Below, piece by piece: positions 36,490 through 46,000 of a DNA stretch of 64,000 nucleotides (positions are counted from its first letter, which is position 1; each line of letters starts with the position of its first letter). The DNA comes from a virus, in the IMG/VR virus record IMGVR_UViG_3300007512_000012, positions 32,001 through 96,000 of that record; one strand, 5' to 3'. Made by a program: the position numbers and the translations under genes. Below the pieces are notes generated by a model. That model was not told where the DNA came from, did not search any database, and was given only the letters and a program-made list of their open reading frames with translations.

Positions 36490-37362
36490 CTAGCGGGTGA
36501 CGGTCAGGCGGGCGAGGCCGCGCGGGTTGTAGGCCCCGAGGCCCAGGTTCTCGAAGATCGAGAAGCCGATCATCCGGCGCTTCGGGTCGTCGGCCGACAG
36601 GACCGTCAGCTCGGTGCGGACCGGGATGCGGCCGAACATCTCCGGCTCGCAGCACAGGTACACCGTGCCGTTGGGCACGAGGCGGCTGGTGACGACGTTG
36701 GCCCCGTAGATGACCCCCTGGAGGCCCGTCTTCAGGAGCGTCGCCTGCGACTCGATGTCGAGGATGTCGCGGCCGAACTTGCGGATGTCCGCGTAGTCCC
36801 GCGCGTTCATGTAGATGCGGGCGACCCGGAGGTCGTGCCGCTCGATGAGCGCGAAGGCGTCCGCCAGCACCGCGCCCGAGATCGGGGCGATGACGGGGAT
36901 GTCGGCGTTGAGCTGACCCGGCAGGGAGTCGAAGCCCGCCGTGGCGACGGCGTCGAGGACGGCGAAGACGCGCTCGTCCTCGGCGGCCTGGATCTGCGCC
37001 CGGCCGAGGTCCTGGGACCGCTCGATCAGGTCGAAGCGGCGCTCCTTGATCTGGGTGAGCGGGATCTCCGGGTTCGACGCGATCTCGAAGAGCGGGAAGA
37101 TCACCCGGCGCGGCTTGGTGACCGCGAGGATGTTCTGGCCCTCTTCGCCGACCACGTAGGCGGTGATGTCGGGGTCCTTGTCGTAGATGGGCAGCGCACC
37201 GTCGGGGAGCTGCTCGACCAGGAAGGTCTTGCGGCCCACGGCGGCGTAGTCCCGCCGCGTGCGGAGGGGCTGCGTCATCGACGCGGCGAGCTTGGCGCGA
37301 CCCTGCGGGGTCTTGATGTACTCGCCGATGATCTTCTGCTTGACGGCGTTGGTGGCGTTCAT
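36490..37362 (-). CDS. Major capsid protein (HK97 fold, Bxz1/cluster C-like type)
   Basis: LAASMTQPLR..RDY, LPDGALPIYD, LFEIASNPEI, AQIQAAEDERVF resemble my recollection of Bxz1-type capsid proteins; follows protease, scaffold and decoration genes; strong RBS and terminator. Confidence 0.85.
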   Translation of the reverse strand: MNATNAVKQKIIGEYIKTPQGRAKLAASMTQPLRTRRDYAAVGRKTFLVEQLPDGALPIYDKDPDITAYVVGEEGQNILAVTKPRRVIFPLFEIASNPEIPLTQIKERRFDLIERSQDLGRAQIQAAEDERVFAVLDAVATAGFDSLPGQLNADIPVIAPISGAVLADAFALIERHDLRVARIYMNARDYADIRKFGRDILDIESQATLLKTGLQGVIYGANVVTSRLVPNGTVYLCCEPEMFGRIPVRTELTVLSADDPKRRMIGFSIFENLGLGAYNPRGLARLTVTR

Positions 37363-37375
37363 GTCCTGGTCCTCC

Positions 37376-38065
37376 TCAGATGCGCTGGTCGTAGACCAGG
37401 TCGCCCTGGACGGCGTCGGGGACCATCTTCACGGTCCCGATGACGGTGGGAAGGGACATCGCGCCTCCGGCAGCGATGACGGGGGCGGCCAGCGCGGCGA
37501 AGTTCGCCAGCATGTCCACACCCTCCCACGTCTGCTCCGTCGAGACGGCGGCGTAGTCGGCGGCGATGATGTTGGTCAGGTAGCCGTTCCGCGAGGCGAA
37601 GAGGGCCTGGCCGACGTTGTAGGCGGTGAGCGCGTTGCCCAGGTTCAAGCCCGTCAGGACGGAGTCCTCGAACAGCGTGTTGCCGAACGTGCCCTGCCCC
37701 GAGACGTAGGGACCCTTGCCGGACGCGGTGCCGGGGGTGTTCTCGAAGGCGTTGCCGTTCGCGCTGTTGATGAAGACGCCGAGGATGCCGACGTTCGCGG
37801 TGCCGACCGCCGCCGGTCCGCCGATGAAGTTGGACCCGCCGCCCGCGTCACCGCGCGAGAAGCACACGGAGCCGGAGAGGACGCCCGTGAGGGTCTGGTC
37901 CACCTGGGCCGTGATGGTCGCCACGGCGACGACCTGGGGGGGGTTGGTCTGGGTGAACGAGTCGTCGGTCAGGACGCCGATGCTGTTCGCGATCCCGAGG
38001 TTCAGGATGCGCAGCGCGCTGCTCGACTCCGTCCATCCACCGCTTGCCTGTCCGAGCAGAGGCAT
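37376..38065 (-). CDS. Putative capsid decoration / cement protein
   Basis: Immediately upstream of the capsid gene; G/A/T-rich; LGVFIN...ASGKGPYVSGQG. Confidence 0.65.
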   Translation of the reverse strand: MPLLGQASGGWTESSSALRILNLGIANSIGVLTDDSFTQTNPPQVVAVATITAQVDQTLTGVLSGSVCFSRGDAGGGSNFIGGPAAVGTANVGILGVFINSANGNAFENTPGTASGKGPYVSGQGTFGNTLFEDSVLTGLNLGNALTAYNVGQALFASRNGYLTNIIAADYAAVSTEQTWEGVDMLANFAALAAPVIAAGGAMSLPTVIGTVKMVPDAVQGDLVYDQRI

Positions 38066-38176
38066 GATGCCCTCCTACTCCCTGTTTCCAGGGCTGGGTT
38101 TCTGGATGACCCACCCGCCAGGCGGTTGAGCCTCGAAGTTCGGCCGAGACGCCACCGTGGCGACGCGACCTCTTGT

Positions 38177-38197
38177 CTATATGCAGCGGGGTATCGG
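38177..38197 (-). promoter_or_regulatory. Putative late promoter CCGAT-N12-ATAG for the decoration and capsid genes
   Basis: Motif variant just after the terminator. Confidence 0.6.
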
Positions 38198-38220
38198 CTA
38201 AATAGTGGGGGTTCCTCGAA

Positions 38221-38279
38221 GAAACCCCCTTTGCCACCCACCTCCCCCCGATTCACGGGAGGAGGTGGGGGAGGGGTTC
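38221..38279 (-). terminator. Hairpin after the scaffold gene
   Basis: Imperfect long stem (AACCCC...CCCACCTCC / GGAGGTGGG...GGGGTT). Confidence 0.5.
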
Positions 38280-38288
38280 AGCGACCGA

Positions 38289-39806
38289 TCAGGAGAAGCT
38301 GCCGCTCACGTCCGGGTCGGAGGCCCAGAGGTTCGACAGCTCGGCGATCTCGTTGCCGCCGCTGGAGGCGACCTTCGGGACCTGGCCGACCGACTTGACG
38401 CCCTTGGACGCCTTGCGGGCCTGCGGCTGGAGGATGGCCGCGAGGCTGGCCTCCTTGTCGCTGCCCTCGTCGTCGCCCTCGTCCTCGTCCTCGGAGCCGA
38501 AGACCTCGTTGAAGGCGGCCTTGTCGGCGGCCGTCAGCTCGGTCCCGTCCGAGAGGCCCATCGGGTCGAAGCCGGTGGCGAAGAACTCGGCGTCGGAGGC
38601 CTCCTTGTCGGAGCCGCCCTCGTCCTCGTCGTCGTCGCCGCCCTCGTCGTCGGAGCCCTCGTCGTCACCGCCCTCGTCGTCGGAGCCCTCGTCCTCGTCG
38701 TCCTCGGACTTCTTGGCGGCCTCCTTGTCGGAGCCCTCCTCGTCGTCCTCGTCGTCGGAGGCGTTCTTCGAGGCCATCACGTCGCCGCAGGCGATCTCGC
38801 CGTCGTCCACCAGCTCGTCGTCCATGCCGTACTGCATGGCCTGGAGCATCTCCAGCTCGTCGTCGTCGAACTCGGCGACGTGGCCGAAGGCGGTCTTGTC
38901 GGACGCCTCCTTGTCGGAGCCCTCGTCGTCGTCGGACTCGTCCTCGGAGCCCTCCTTCTTCTTGGCCTCGCACATCTCCTGCATCTTGCCGTCGAGCTTC
39001 TCGCAGCCCGCGAGGACCTCGGCCCGAGCGATGATGCCGTCGTTGTCGGTGTCGAGGGACGCGAACATGGCGCGGGGGCCGGTCCAGTCCTCGGCCGTCA
39101 CGAAGCCGTCGCCGTCCAGGTCGAAGGCGTCGAACATCGCCATGACGGGGTTCGCGGCCTTGTCCGAGACGGCCGCCTCTTCCTTCTTCGCCTCCTGCTC
39201 GGACTTGCCGGAGGTGCCGAGGGTCTCGCCGCCGGGGTCGTTCTGGTCGGCGCTCTTGAGCGCCTTCAGCTCGGCCTCCATCGCGGCCAGGCGGGCCTCC
39301 ATCGGGTCCAGGGCCGGGGCCTCGTCCTCGGGGAACATCCCGAGCAGCTCCTCCTCCATCGAGAGGAAGTCGCCGCCGAGGCGCTCGACCGAGGCCTCCA
39401 GGGCGGTGTCGTCCATGCTCATGTAGCCGAACGCCTGGTTCTCGATGTCGTCCCACGACGCGGTCTTGCCGAGCGTGGCCCGCGCGAGCACGAGGCACTT
39501 GGCCGACTTGCGCCGGACGAGCTGCATCAGGTTGGCCTGGCGGCCGACCTGCCCGGTGTGGGCCGGGTGGTCCTGGTCCTCGACCCCGTAGCCGGGCGTC
39601 GCGGGCGGGCCGCTGTCCCCGTAGGGCGGCGGGTGAACGTCCTCGGCGAACTCCGAGGGGCCGCCGATGTTGTAGTCGTCCTTGCCCGGATCGTCCTGGG
39701 TGTGGGCCGGGTGGTCCTGGTCCTCGACTCCGTAGCCGGGGGTTGCGGGGGGAGCAGCCGCCTCACGGTCGAGGGCCGCCCACGTCATGCGCTGACGAGT
39801 GCTCAT
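38289..39806 (-). CDS. Putative capsid scaffolding protein, acidic, with an EF-hand pair
   Basis: Lies between protease and capsid genes; ATGA-coupled; DLDGDGFVTAED and DTDNDGIIARAE loops; D/E-rich repeats. Confidence 0.7.
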   Translation of the reverse strand: MSTRQRMTWAALDREAAAPPATPGYGVEDQDHPAHTQDDPGKDDYNIGGPSEFAEDVHPPPYGDSGPPATPGYGVEDQDHPAHTGQVGRQANLMQLVRRKSAKCLVLARATLGKTASWDDIENQAFGYMSMDDTALEASVERLGGDFLSMEEELLGMFPEDEAPALDPMEARLAAMEAELKALKSADQNDPGGETLGTSGKSEQEAKKEEAAVSDKAANPVMAMFDAFDLDGDGFVTAEDWTGPRAMFASLDTDNDGIIARAEVLAGCEKLDGKMQEMCEAKKKEGSEDESDDDEGSDKEASDKTAFGHVAEFDDDELEMLQAMQYGMDDELVDDGEIACGDVMASKNASDDEDDEEGSDKEAAKKSEDDEDEGSDDEGGDDEGSDDEGGDDDEDEGGSDKEASDAEFFATGFDPMGLSDGTELTAADKAAFNEVFGSEDEDEGDDEGSDKEASLAAILQPQARKASKGVKSVGQVPKVASSGGNEIAELSNLWASDPDVSGSFS

Positions 39807-41269
39807 CGCTTCGTCTCCTTGCCTGTGGCGACTGCCAGGGATGGGTTCCTGCTCCCGTTGCGATCCTGGCCTCGCCGCGAGATGAGCTTGCCGAGCTTGA
39901 TCAAGGTCTGTGCCTCGGCGGTTGTGGGCTTGCGGCCGAGCGCCGCTCGACAAGCCCGGAGGAATTGACTCGACGAGCTGTACTCGCCGATGTCGCCGAG
40001 CTGCGCAGCAGCCCGGTACACAGGCACGGGGATCTCCACCCCGTACTCCGCGTGCAGTAGGGCCACCTTGTCCATCAGGTCGGTGTCGCTCGAAGCGTGC
40101 CGACAGAGGAAAGCCACAGTGGCGTCGTACACCGCCGCCTGCTTGACCACGTTGTCGTTGGGAGCCGCCGAAGACTCCTCGGGACCGAGGGCCTCGTCGA
40201 GGTCCTTCTGGTCCATGTCCTTCTTGAGCTTCTTCTTGACCCGATCCCGCATGTGATCGGTCAGCTCACGTTCCATGTCGTCGAACGGGCCGCCCTCGTC
40301 CTTCTTCTCGGCCGGGGCGTCCACGTCGTCGTCTTCGTCGCCCCACCCGGCCATGAAGTGGTCGCCGCCGAAGGCGAGGGCAGCGGCCTTGCGGCGGGTG
40401 CCCTTCGTCCACTCCTCCGGGGGAGTCGCGAGGATGGCCGAGGCGGCCTTGCCGAGCTTGTCGCCCTGGTGGATGGCGAGCACGTTGCGGAGGACCGCGC
40501 CCGTGAAGGCGGGGGTGCCGACCCAGGACGCCTCGATGAAGTGGACGCCGCCGGTCGGGTCGAGGCTCGGGTGACCGCACAGCTCCGCGACGCGGTGCTG
40601 ACGCCCCTGCTCGTCGAAGAAGACGTTCCCCTTCTCGTACTTGATGTGGGGGCACATCTCCGTCTCGTCGGCGGCCCAGTGCCCGCACTTCGTGCAGATG
40701 GTGCCATCGACGGTGCAGCCCATCGACAGGGTGCCCATCTTGCCGGACTCGATGGCCTCGACCAGGTCCGCGTGCTTGCGGTCCGTGGCGATGAGGATGT
40801 CCACGTAGACCGAGTCGCCGATGTCGCGAGCGACCGCGTCGATGACCCGGCCCTTCGACAGCTCCTCGACCTGGACGTGCTCGACGAAGTTCTGCGCCCC
40901 GATGAAGGTCCGGTAGCTCTTGAGCAGAACGTCCCGGTCCCAGGCGTCGAGGTTGTTGTTGATGAACTTGTCGCAGCCGAGCTTGACCCGGAACTTGCCG
41001 TACTTCCGGTTGATCCTGAAGCCGCCCTCGGAGTGCTTGCCGAGCTTCGTGTTCGGCGGCTCGAAGGTGTCCACCGACGCCACGATGGTCGCGTGGGTCA
41101 GCAGGTAGTCGCTCGGGTTGAAGGGCTTGCCGAAGATCTCCGACGCGCGGTCGATGAGGTTCTCCGACACCTCCGCAGCGGCCTTGGCGGCCGTGCGAAC
41201 CTTCGCCCAGCCCGCACGTCCGACGTGCGGGGTGACGACCTCAGCCCTGGCGTACTTCAGGAAGGCCAT
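39803..41269 (-). CDS. Prohead (capsid maturation) protease
   Basis: NNNLDAW...YRTFIG..NFVEH...SKGRVID...LSMGC...CTKCGH...CPHI...FIEASWVGTPAF. Confidence 0.8.
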   Translation of the reverse strand: MAFLKYARAEVVTPHVGRAGWAKVRTAAKAAAEVSENLIDRASEIFGKPFNPSDYLLTHATIVASVDTFEPPNTKLGKHSEGGFRINRKYGKFRVKLGCDKFINNNLDAWDRDVLLKSYRTFIGAQNFVEHVQVEELSKGRVIDAVARDIGDSVYVDILIATDRKHADLVEAIESGKMGTLSMGCTVDGTICTKCGHWAADETEMCPHIKYEKGNVFFDEQGRQHRVAELCGHPSLDPTGGVHFIEASWVGTPAFTGAVLRNVLAIHQGDKLGKAASAILATPPEEWTKGTRRKAAALAFGGDHFMAGWGDEDDDVDAPAEKKDEGGPFDDMERELTDHMRDRVKKKLKKDMDQKDLDEALGPEESSAAPNDNVVKQAAVYDATVAFLCRHASSDTDLMDKVALLHAEYGVEIPVPVYRAAAQLGDIGEYSSSSQFLRACRAALGRKPTTAEAQTLIKLGKLISRRGQDRNGSRNPSLAVATGKETKR

Positions 41270-42171
41270 CAGGCAGCCTCCACCGGGTTGCCGTCGAGGT
41301 CGCAGGCCAGGACTCGGTCGCTGCCGTCACCGTCGAAGCCGAAGCTCTTGCGGTACTCGGAGTCGTCCGGGTCCACCACGATCTCGAAGCTGTGCCCGAC
41401 ACCACCGATCTTGCCGATGTACGCGAGCATCCGGGCCATCGACTCGGCCCCGTCGCCGTTGCCGCTGAACTTCACCGTGAGGGTGCGCTCGTCGGCTGCC
41501 GACTTCACCTGCTGGACCAGGTCGAACCCCTGGTCCATCGTGCCGTCCCACTCCGCCTGCAAGTCGTTCTGCTGGCCGTCGTCGTTGGGCTCGTAGGCCG
41601 GGTCGCCGATGATCTGGTCCCGCTTGATGAGGAACATGCAGTGCGGGCACCCGAGCAGGCGGTGGCTCTGGCCGTCCACCCGCTTGTAGTTCGCCGGGCG
41701 GAGGTGGATGGGGTTGCCCTCGTCGTCGGCCTTGCACTTCGGGCAGGCGTACTTCCCGCCGTCCAGTTCGGCCTTCGTGCCCCGGTAGTGGCGGTCCTTG
41801 CTGGCCCAGTAGAGGGCCGACTTGATCCAGGCGTGGCTGATCCGGTCGATGGACAGGCGGGCAGCCGACTTCGCCACAGGCCCACCAGGCACGCTCACGG
41901 TCCCCGCCCCGCCGGGAACCGTGCTGTGCTCTGGATCGGGCGTCTTCGTGATGATGTCGGTCACCCTCTGCACGTCTTCGACCGGGTAGCGGCCGGAACC
42001 CCACGGGAAGTCGATGTCCACCTGGCCGATGCCAGGCCACACCGCAGTCACCGTCCCCGCCTGCGACTCGTCCGTCGCTCCACCCGCAAGCGGGTACGCC
42101 AGGTCACCAACAGCGAACTCGGAGGCCCGCTGCTGGTAATCGACGAAGACGGTGGCGTGGCGATTCCCCAC
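41269..42171 (-). CDS. Head-region protein with a zinc ribbon
   Basis: CPKC...CPHC; modular, with KSAA linkers. Confidence 0.7.
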   Translation of the reverse strand: MGNRHATVFVDYQQRASEFAVGDLAYPLAGGATDESQAGTVTAVWPGIGQVDIDFPWGSGRYPVEDVQRVTDIITKTPDPEHSTVPGGAGTVSVPGGPVAKSAARLSIDRISHAWIKSALYWASKDRHYRGTKAELDGGKYACPKCKADDEGNPIHLRPANYKRVDGQSHRLLGCPHCMFLIKRDQIIGDPAYEPNDDGQQNDLQAEWDGTMDQGFDLVQQVKSAADERTLTVKFSGNGDGAESMARMLAYIGKIGGVGHSFEIVVDPDDSEYRKSFGFDGDGSDRVLACDLDGNPVEAA

Positions 42172-42197
42172 GGTACGACCTCCTGGTCCGAGGCCGG

Positions 42198-42932
42198 TCA
42201 GGCCGCCTTCGCGATCCCCGCGACGATGTCGGCCATCTTGGCGAGCTTGTCGGCGGCGGCCGGGGGCACGTCGCCCGCGAGGTGCGGCATGACGTGCGCG
42301 GCGGCCCGCGTCAGCGTGGCGAGGCGCTCGGCGTCCTCGGAGCCCTCCAGCAGCCGGGTCTGGAACTGGAGCACGTCGAGTCCGGCGGCGGCCAGCCGCT
42401 CGCCGAGGGTCTTGACGGCCTCGTGATCGCTGGCGGCGCAGCGGGTCGCGGCACCGTTGATGTCCATGTAGAGCGCGGCGAGCTTCTTGCCGTTCTCCAG
42501 GGCCGCCTGCACGCCGGGCCGGGCCGTCTGCCGGTCGGAGCCGCCGGGCAGCTCGCCGCCCTCCTGCTTCTCGCGCAGCTCGCGGTTCTCCTGCTGGCTG
42601 AAGTGGCCGCCCATGTAGGACTCGTCGGCCTCCTGCTCCTTCGGGCCGGACTTCTCCTCGCCGATCTGCTCGGGGTCCTCGCCGATGTGCTTGCCCTCGT
42701 CGAACACGTCGTCACCCGTGAGGGCGGTCTTGCGCTCGGTGGCGAGCTTCTCGATGTCGATCTCGGCCCGCTTGGCGATGTGGTCCGACAGGAGGTCGCA
42801 CTGGAAGCCGAACTTCTGCGCGATCTCCGGCTTGATGCCGAAGGACTCGGCGTTCTTCTGGATGAGATCCGCTGCCTTGTCGAGGATGTTCCCCGCGTCG
42901 AGCGCGGCCTGCTTGCTGAGCTTCTGGGCCAT
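42198..42932 (-). CDS. Head-region hypothetical protein
   Basis: GGAGG RBS; downstream of a late-promoter copy. Confidence 0.75.
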   Translation of the reverse strand: MAQKLSKQAALDAGNILDKAADLIQKNAESFGIKPEIAQKFGFQCDLLSDHIAKRAEIDIEKLATERKTALTGDDVFDEGKHIGEDPEQIGEEKSGPKEQEADESYMGGHFSQQENRELREKQEGGELPGGSDRQTARPGVQAALENGKKLAALYMDINGAATRCAASDHEAVKTLGERLAAAGLDVLQFQTRLLEGSEDAERLATLTRAAAHVMPHLAGDVPPAAADKLAKMADIVAGIAKAA

Positions 42933-42994
42933 GTCGGTGTTTCCTCCGTGTCCGAAACGGGGTGGACAGCACAGGGCGCACGGTCGGCCCTTCG

Positions 42995-43015
42995 CTATAA
43001 CCCTCCCCGTATAGG
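42995..43015 (-). promoter_or_regulatory. Putative late promoter CCTAT-N12-ATAG
   Basis: Motif copy upstream of 42932. Confidence 0.7.
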
Positions 43016-43046
43016 AGAAAGATTGAAAAAACTCCCTGGGTGGTTC

Positions 43047-46000
43047 TCAGGCCACCAGGTCTTGCTCGTCCTCCGAAAGAACCGCTTTTTCCATCGCCGT
43101 GAACTCATCAGGCGACATCTGCTCGATTCTTTTTCGCTCGGCGGGGTCCTTCACATTTTCGAGAAAGTCCCGCTTCCGCTCCTCGGGCGACCGCTCCGGT
43201 CGCACTGAAGGGTCGTCCAGCAGCGAGAGGTCTGCCCCACCGGCCACGGCCCGCAGCACTGCAACCGCCGTGTCCTGCGCGTCGGGCTCCACGTCCATGT
43301 CGTCGATGGCGTCGGCCGTCGCCTCGGCCTGTGCCCGGACCACAGCTTCCCGCGACCGCTTCATGCACTCGGCCTGCGTCTTGCCCTCCTCCAGGCACGC
43401 CTGGAGGGCCTCATCGACCGCCGAATCCACGGCCTCGCGGGTCTTGTCCTCCACCTCGTCCGCCGTCTGGTCGAACAGCTCGGGGAGGTTGGCGGGGTCC
43501 CGCTTCTTCCTGGTGATGGCCGCCGCGACGCCCTGCACGGTGGTCATGTGCATCACGCCCATGTCGCGGATCATGGCCCGCAGGTACTCCTGCACCTCGG
43601 GAGCCATGTCCGGGTTGTCGGCGAGCGCCTTGACCAGCGGCTCCCACGAGGTGCCCTCGGAGATCGCCGCCAGGCCCTCGTCGTCGAGCTTGCCCATCGC
43701 GTCGCGGACAGCCGCCCGGCCCTCCGCCGCGTAGACCTTCGACGAGTCCTTCAGGAACAACACCTCGGCGTTGCCCTGCTTGACCATCTGCTTGAGCACC
43801 AGCTTGAGCTTGCTGTTGAGCGGCTCCCGCACCAGGCGGCCGTCCGGGTGCTTCGCGTCGAAGTCCTCGTCGTTGAGCACCGCCGCCGCGTGGATGCCGT
43901 CGATGATCGCGTTCAGCTCGTCGTGCTCGGGGCTGCCCTTCTCGAAGTCACCGAGCTTCGCCGCCGCGTCCTCGGCCACCTGCCTTCGCTGGTCCGGGCT
44001 CACCCGCCGGTAGAGCTTCATCGCCTGCATCGCCCGTTCGGTCCGGGCGTCATCGTCGAGCTGCTCGGAGGAGAGGGGCTGGCCGCCGACGTTGGTGGGG
44101 TCGAGCAGCAGGGCCTCCTGGGCCTTCGCCTGGACCACGGCCTCGGCCAGCTCGTCGATGTCGTCCCCGTCCACGCCCTTGAAGGGGTCCTTCGCGATGT
44201 CCTTCATCGCCGACACCGTCACGCCGAAGTCGTCGAACAGCTCGCGGAGCTGCTTCATCTCCGCCTTGTACGCCGCATGGAACTCGGCCGAGTCGGCCTT
44301 CTCCATGAGCAGCAGAGCCGTCTCCTCCGTGATGACCTTGTCCCCGTAGAGCTTCTCGGCCAGGTCGGTGATCTCGGCCGTGAACTTCTCCTTGTCGGCC
44401 TTCGCCTGCTCCTTCTTCTTGGCCTCGTCCTCCTTGGCCTTCTCGGCCACGGCTTCCTCGGCCTCCTCCGGGGAGTCGGCGTCGCCCTTCGCGTAGGCCT
44501 CGGCCTTCGCCTTCGAGTCCTTGTCCTTGCCGAAGTCGTTGCGCACCTGGCCCTTCGCGTTCATCGCGTTCCAGGTGCCGTCGTCGGACGGCCACACGTC
44601 GCCGGGCTTGCGCTTCTGGCTCGGCTCGCCCTCGGCCATCAGCCAGCGGAGAGCGACGCGGTTGGCGGCCAGGGTCGCCCGCTTCTTGTAGTTGTTGCTC
44701 AGGTCCCGGTCGCCGTCCGCCCCGAAGCCCTCGATGTCCGGGTCGTCCTCCTTCATCCGGTTCCGGCGGAGATCGCGACGCGGGGGCTTCTTCGTGGGGT
44801 TGCGGCGGTTGAGGCGCTCGACCTCCTCCTCTTCCTTCTCGGCCTTCGACTTCGTGGCCCGCCGGGTCATCAGGGTGTGCCCCTGCTCCCGACCTGTCTC
44901 CACGAACCCTCGCTGCTTGAGCATCCGAACCGCGTGCGGGTTCACCGCATCGAGGCAGAACTGGATGTCGGGGAACGGCTCGACCAGGTCGTCGTACTGG
45001 CTGATGGCGATGTCCATCAGCTTCCCTCCGAGCCCCCTTCGCTGCCAGCCATCCGGGTCCACGACGATGTCGAAGGCGTAGCACTCCTGGTCACCCGAAT
45101 CCGACGAGTCGAACAAGGCAGCCACGAGCTTGCCCCCGGCCTCGTACCCCGCCACGAAGTCCATGTGCGACAAGATGTTGATCCCGGCCTTCTGTGCCAG
45201 CTTCCACGGGTCGGAACCTCGCGGAGCCCGCCAGACCAGGCGGGGAGACGCCCCCTCGACGAACCACCTGGCGGCCAGGCGACGGGTGGCCTGCTTGTAG
45301 AGCTGCCGCTTGCCGATGAGCTGCCAGGACAGGCCGATCTTCCCGTCCTCTGCGTTGCCGAGGTAGCCCGCCCCCTGAAGCTCGGTGACCACGTCGGGCA
45401 TCACCGGGTAGCCCCGCCAGGTGAACGTGCCGTCGTCCGCCACCAGGATGTGCTCGGCACCCCCGGCGGCCCGGTCCATGTCGTTGATGAGCGCCCACTC
45501 GTAGGCGGTCAGGCTGGAGATCAGCCCCTCGAAGCCCACCAGGCTGACCAGCGGGTCCGGGCTGGTGTAGCCCACCTCCTCCGGCCAGGCGTTGTAGATG
45601 GAGATGATGGCGACCTTGTCGGCCGCGAGGCGCATCGGGTGACGAAGACCGTAGACGCCGTGCGCCCGGTTCCGCCGCTTCTCCGACTGCATCGAGCCCT
45701 TCGCCATGCTGTACCACTGGCGGCCGGTCCGCCAGACGTAGCCGATGAGCCCGCCGCCGAGGTCCTTCTCGGGGTCCTCGTTCACGCTGGTCATCTCGGA
45801 CTCGCCCCACCCGAAGACCGCGACGATCTCGTCGGCTCGGCCGAGGATCTGCCGCAGGCCCCACGAGAGCCGCCCCTGCTTGTCGAGCTTCTCCTTGACC
45901 GTGCCGTCCCGCATGAAGGTGTCTTCGAGGCCCGGCACGAGGTACTGGCTGCGGAGCGTGCTGGCCTCGTGCCCCACCTCCTTGGCCGCCTCATCGAGCG

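Noticed and set aside
38440-38960. Tandem tcgtcgtcggagccc-like repeats resembling a repeat array
   Set aside because: They encode the DDEGSDKEAS repeats of the scaffold; no constant repeat with unique spacers and no cas genes, so not CRISPR
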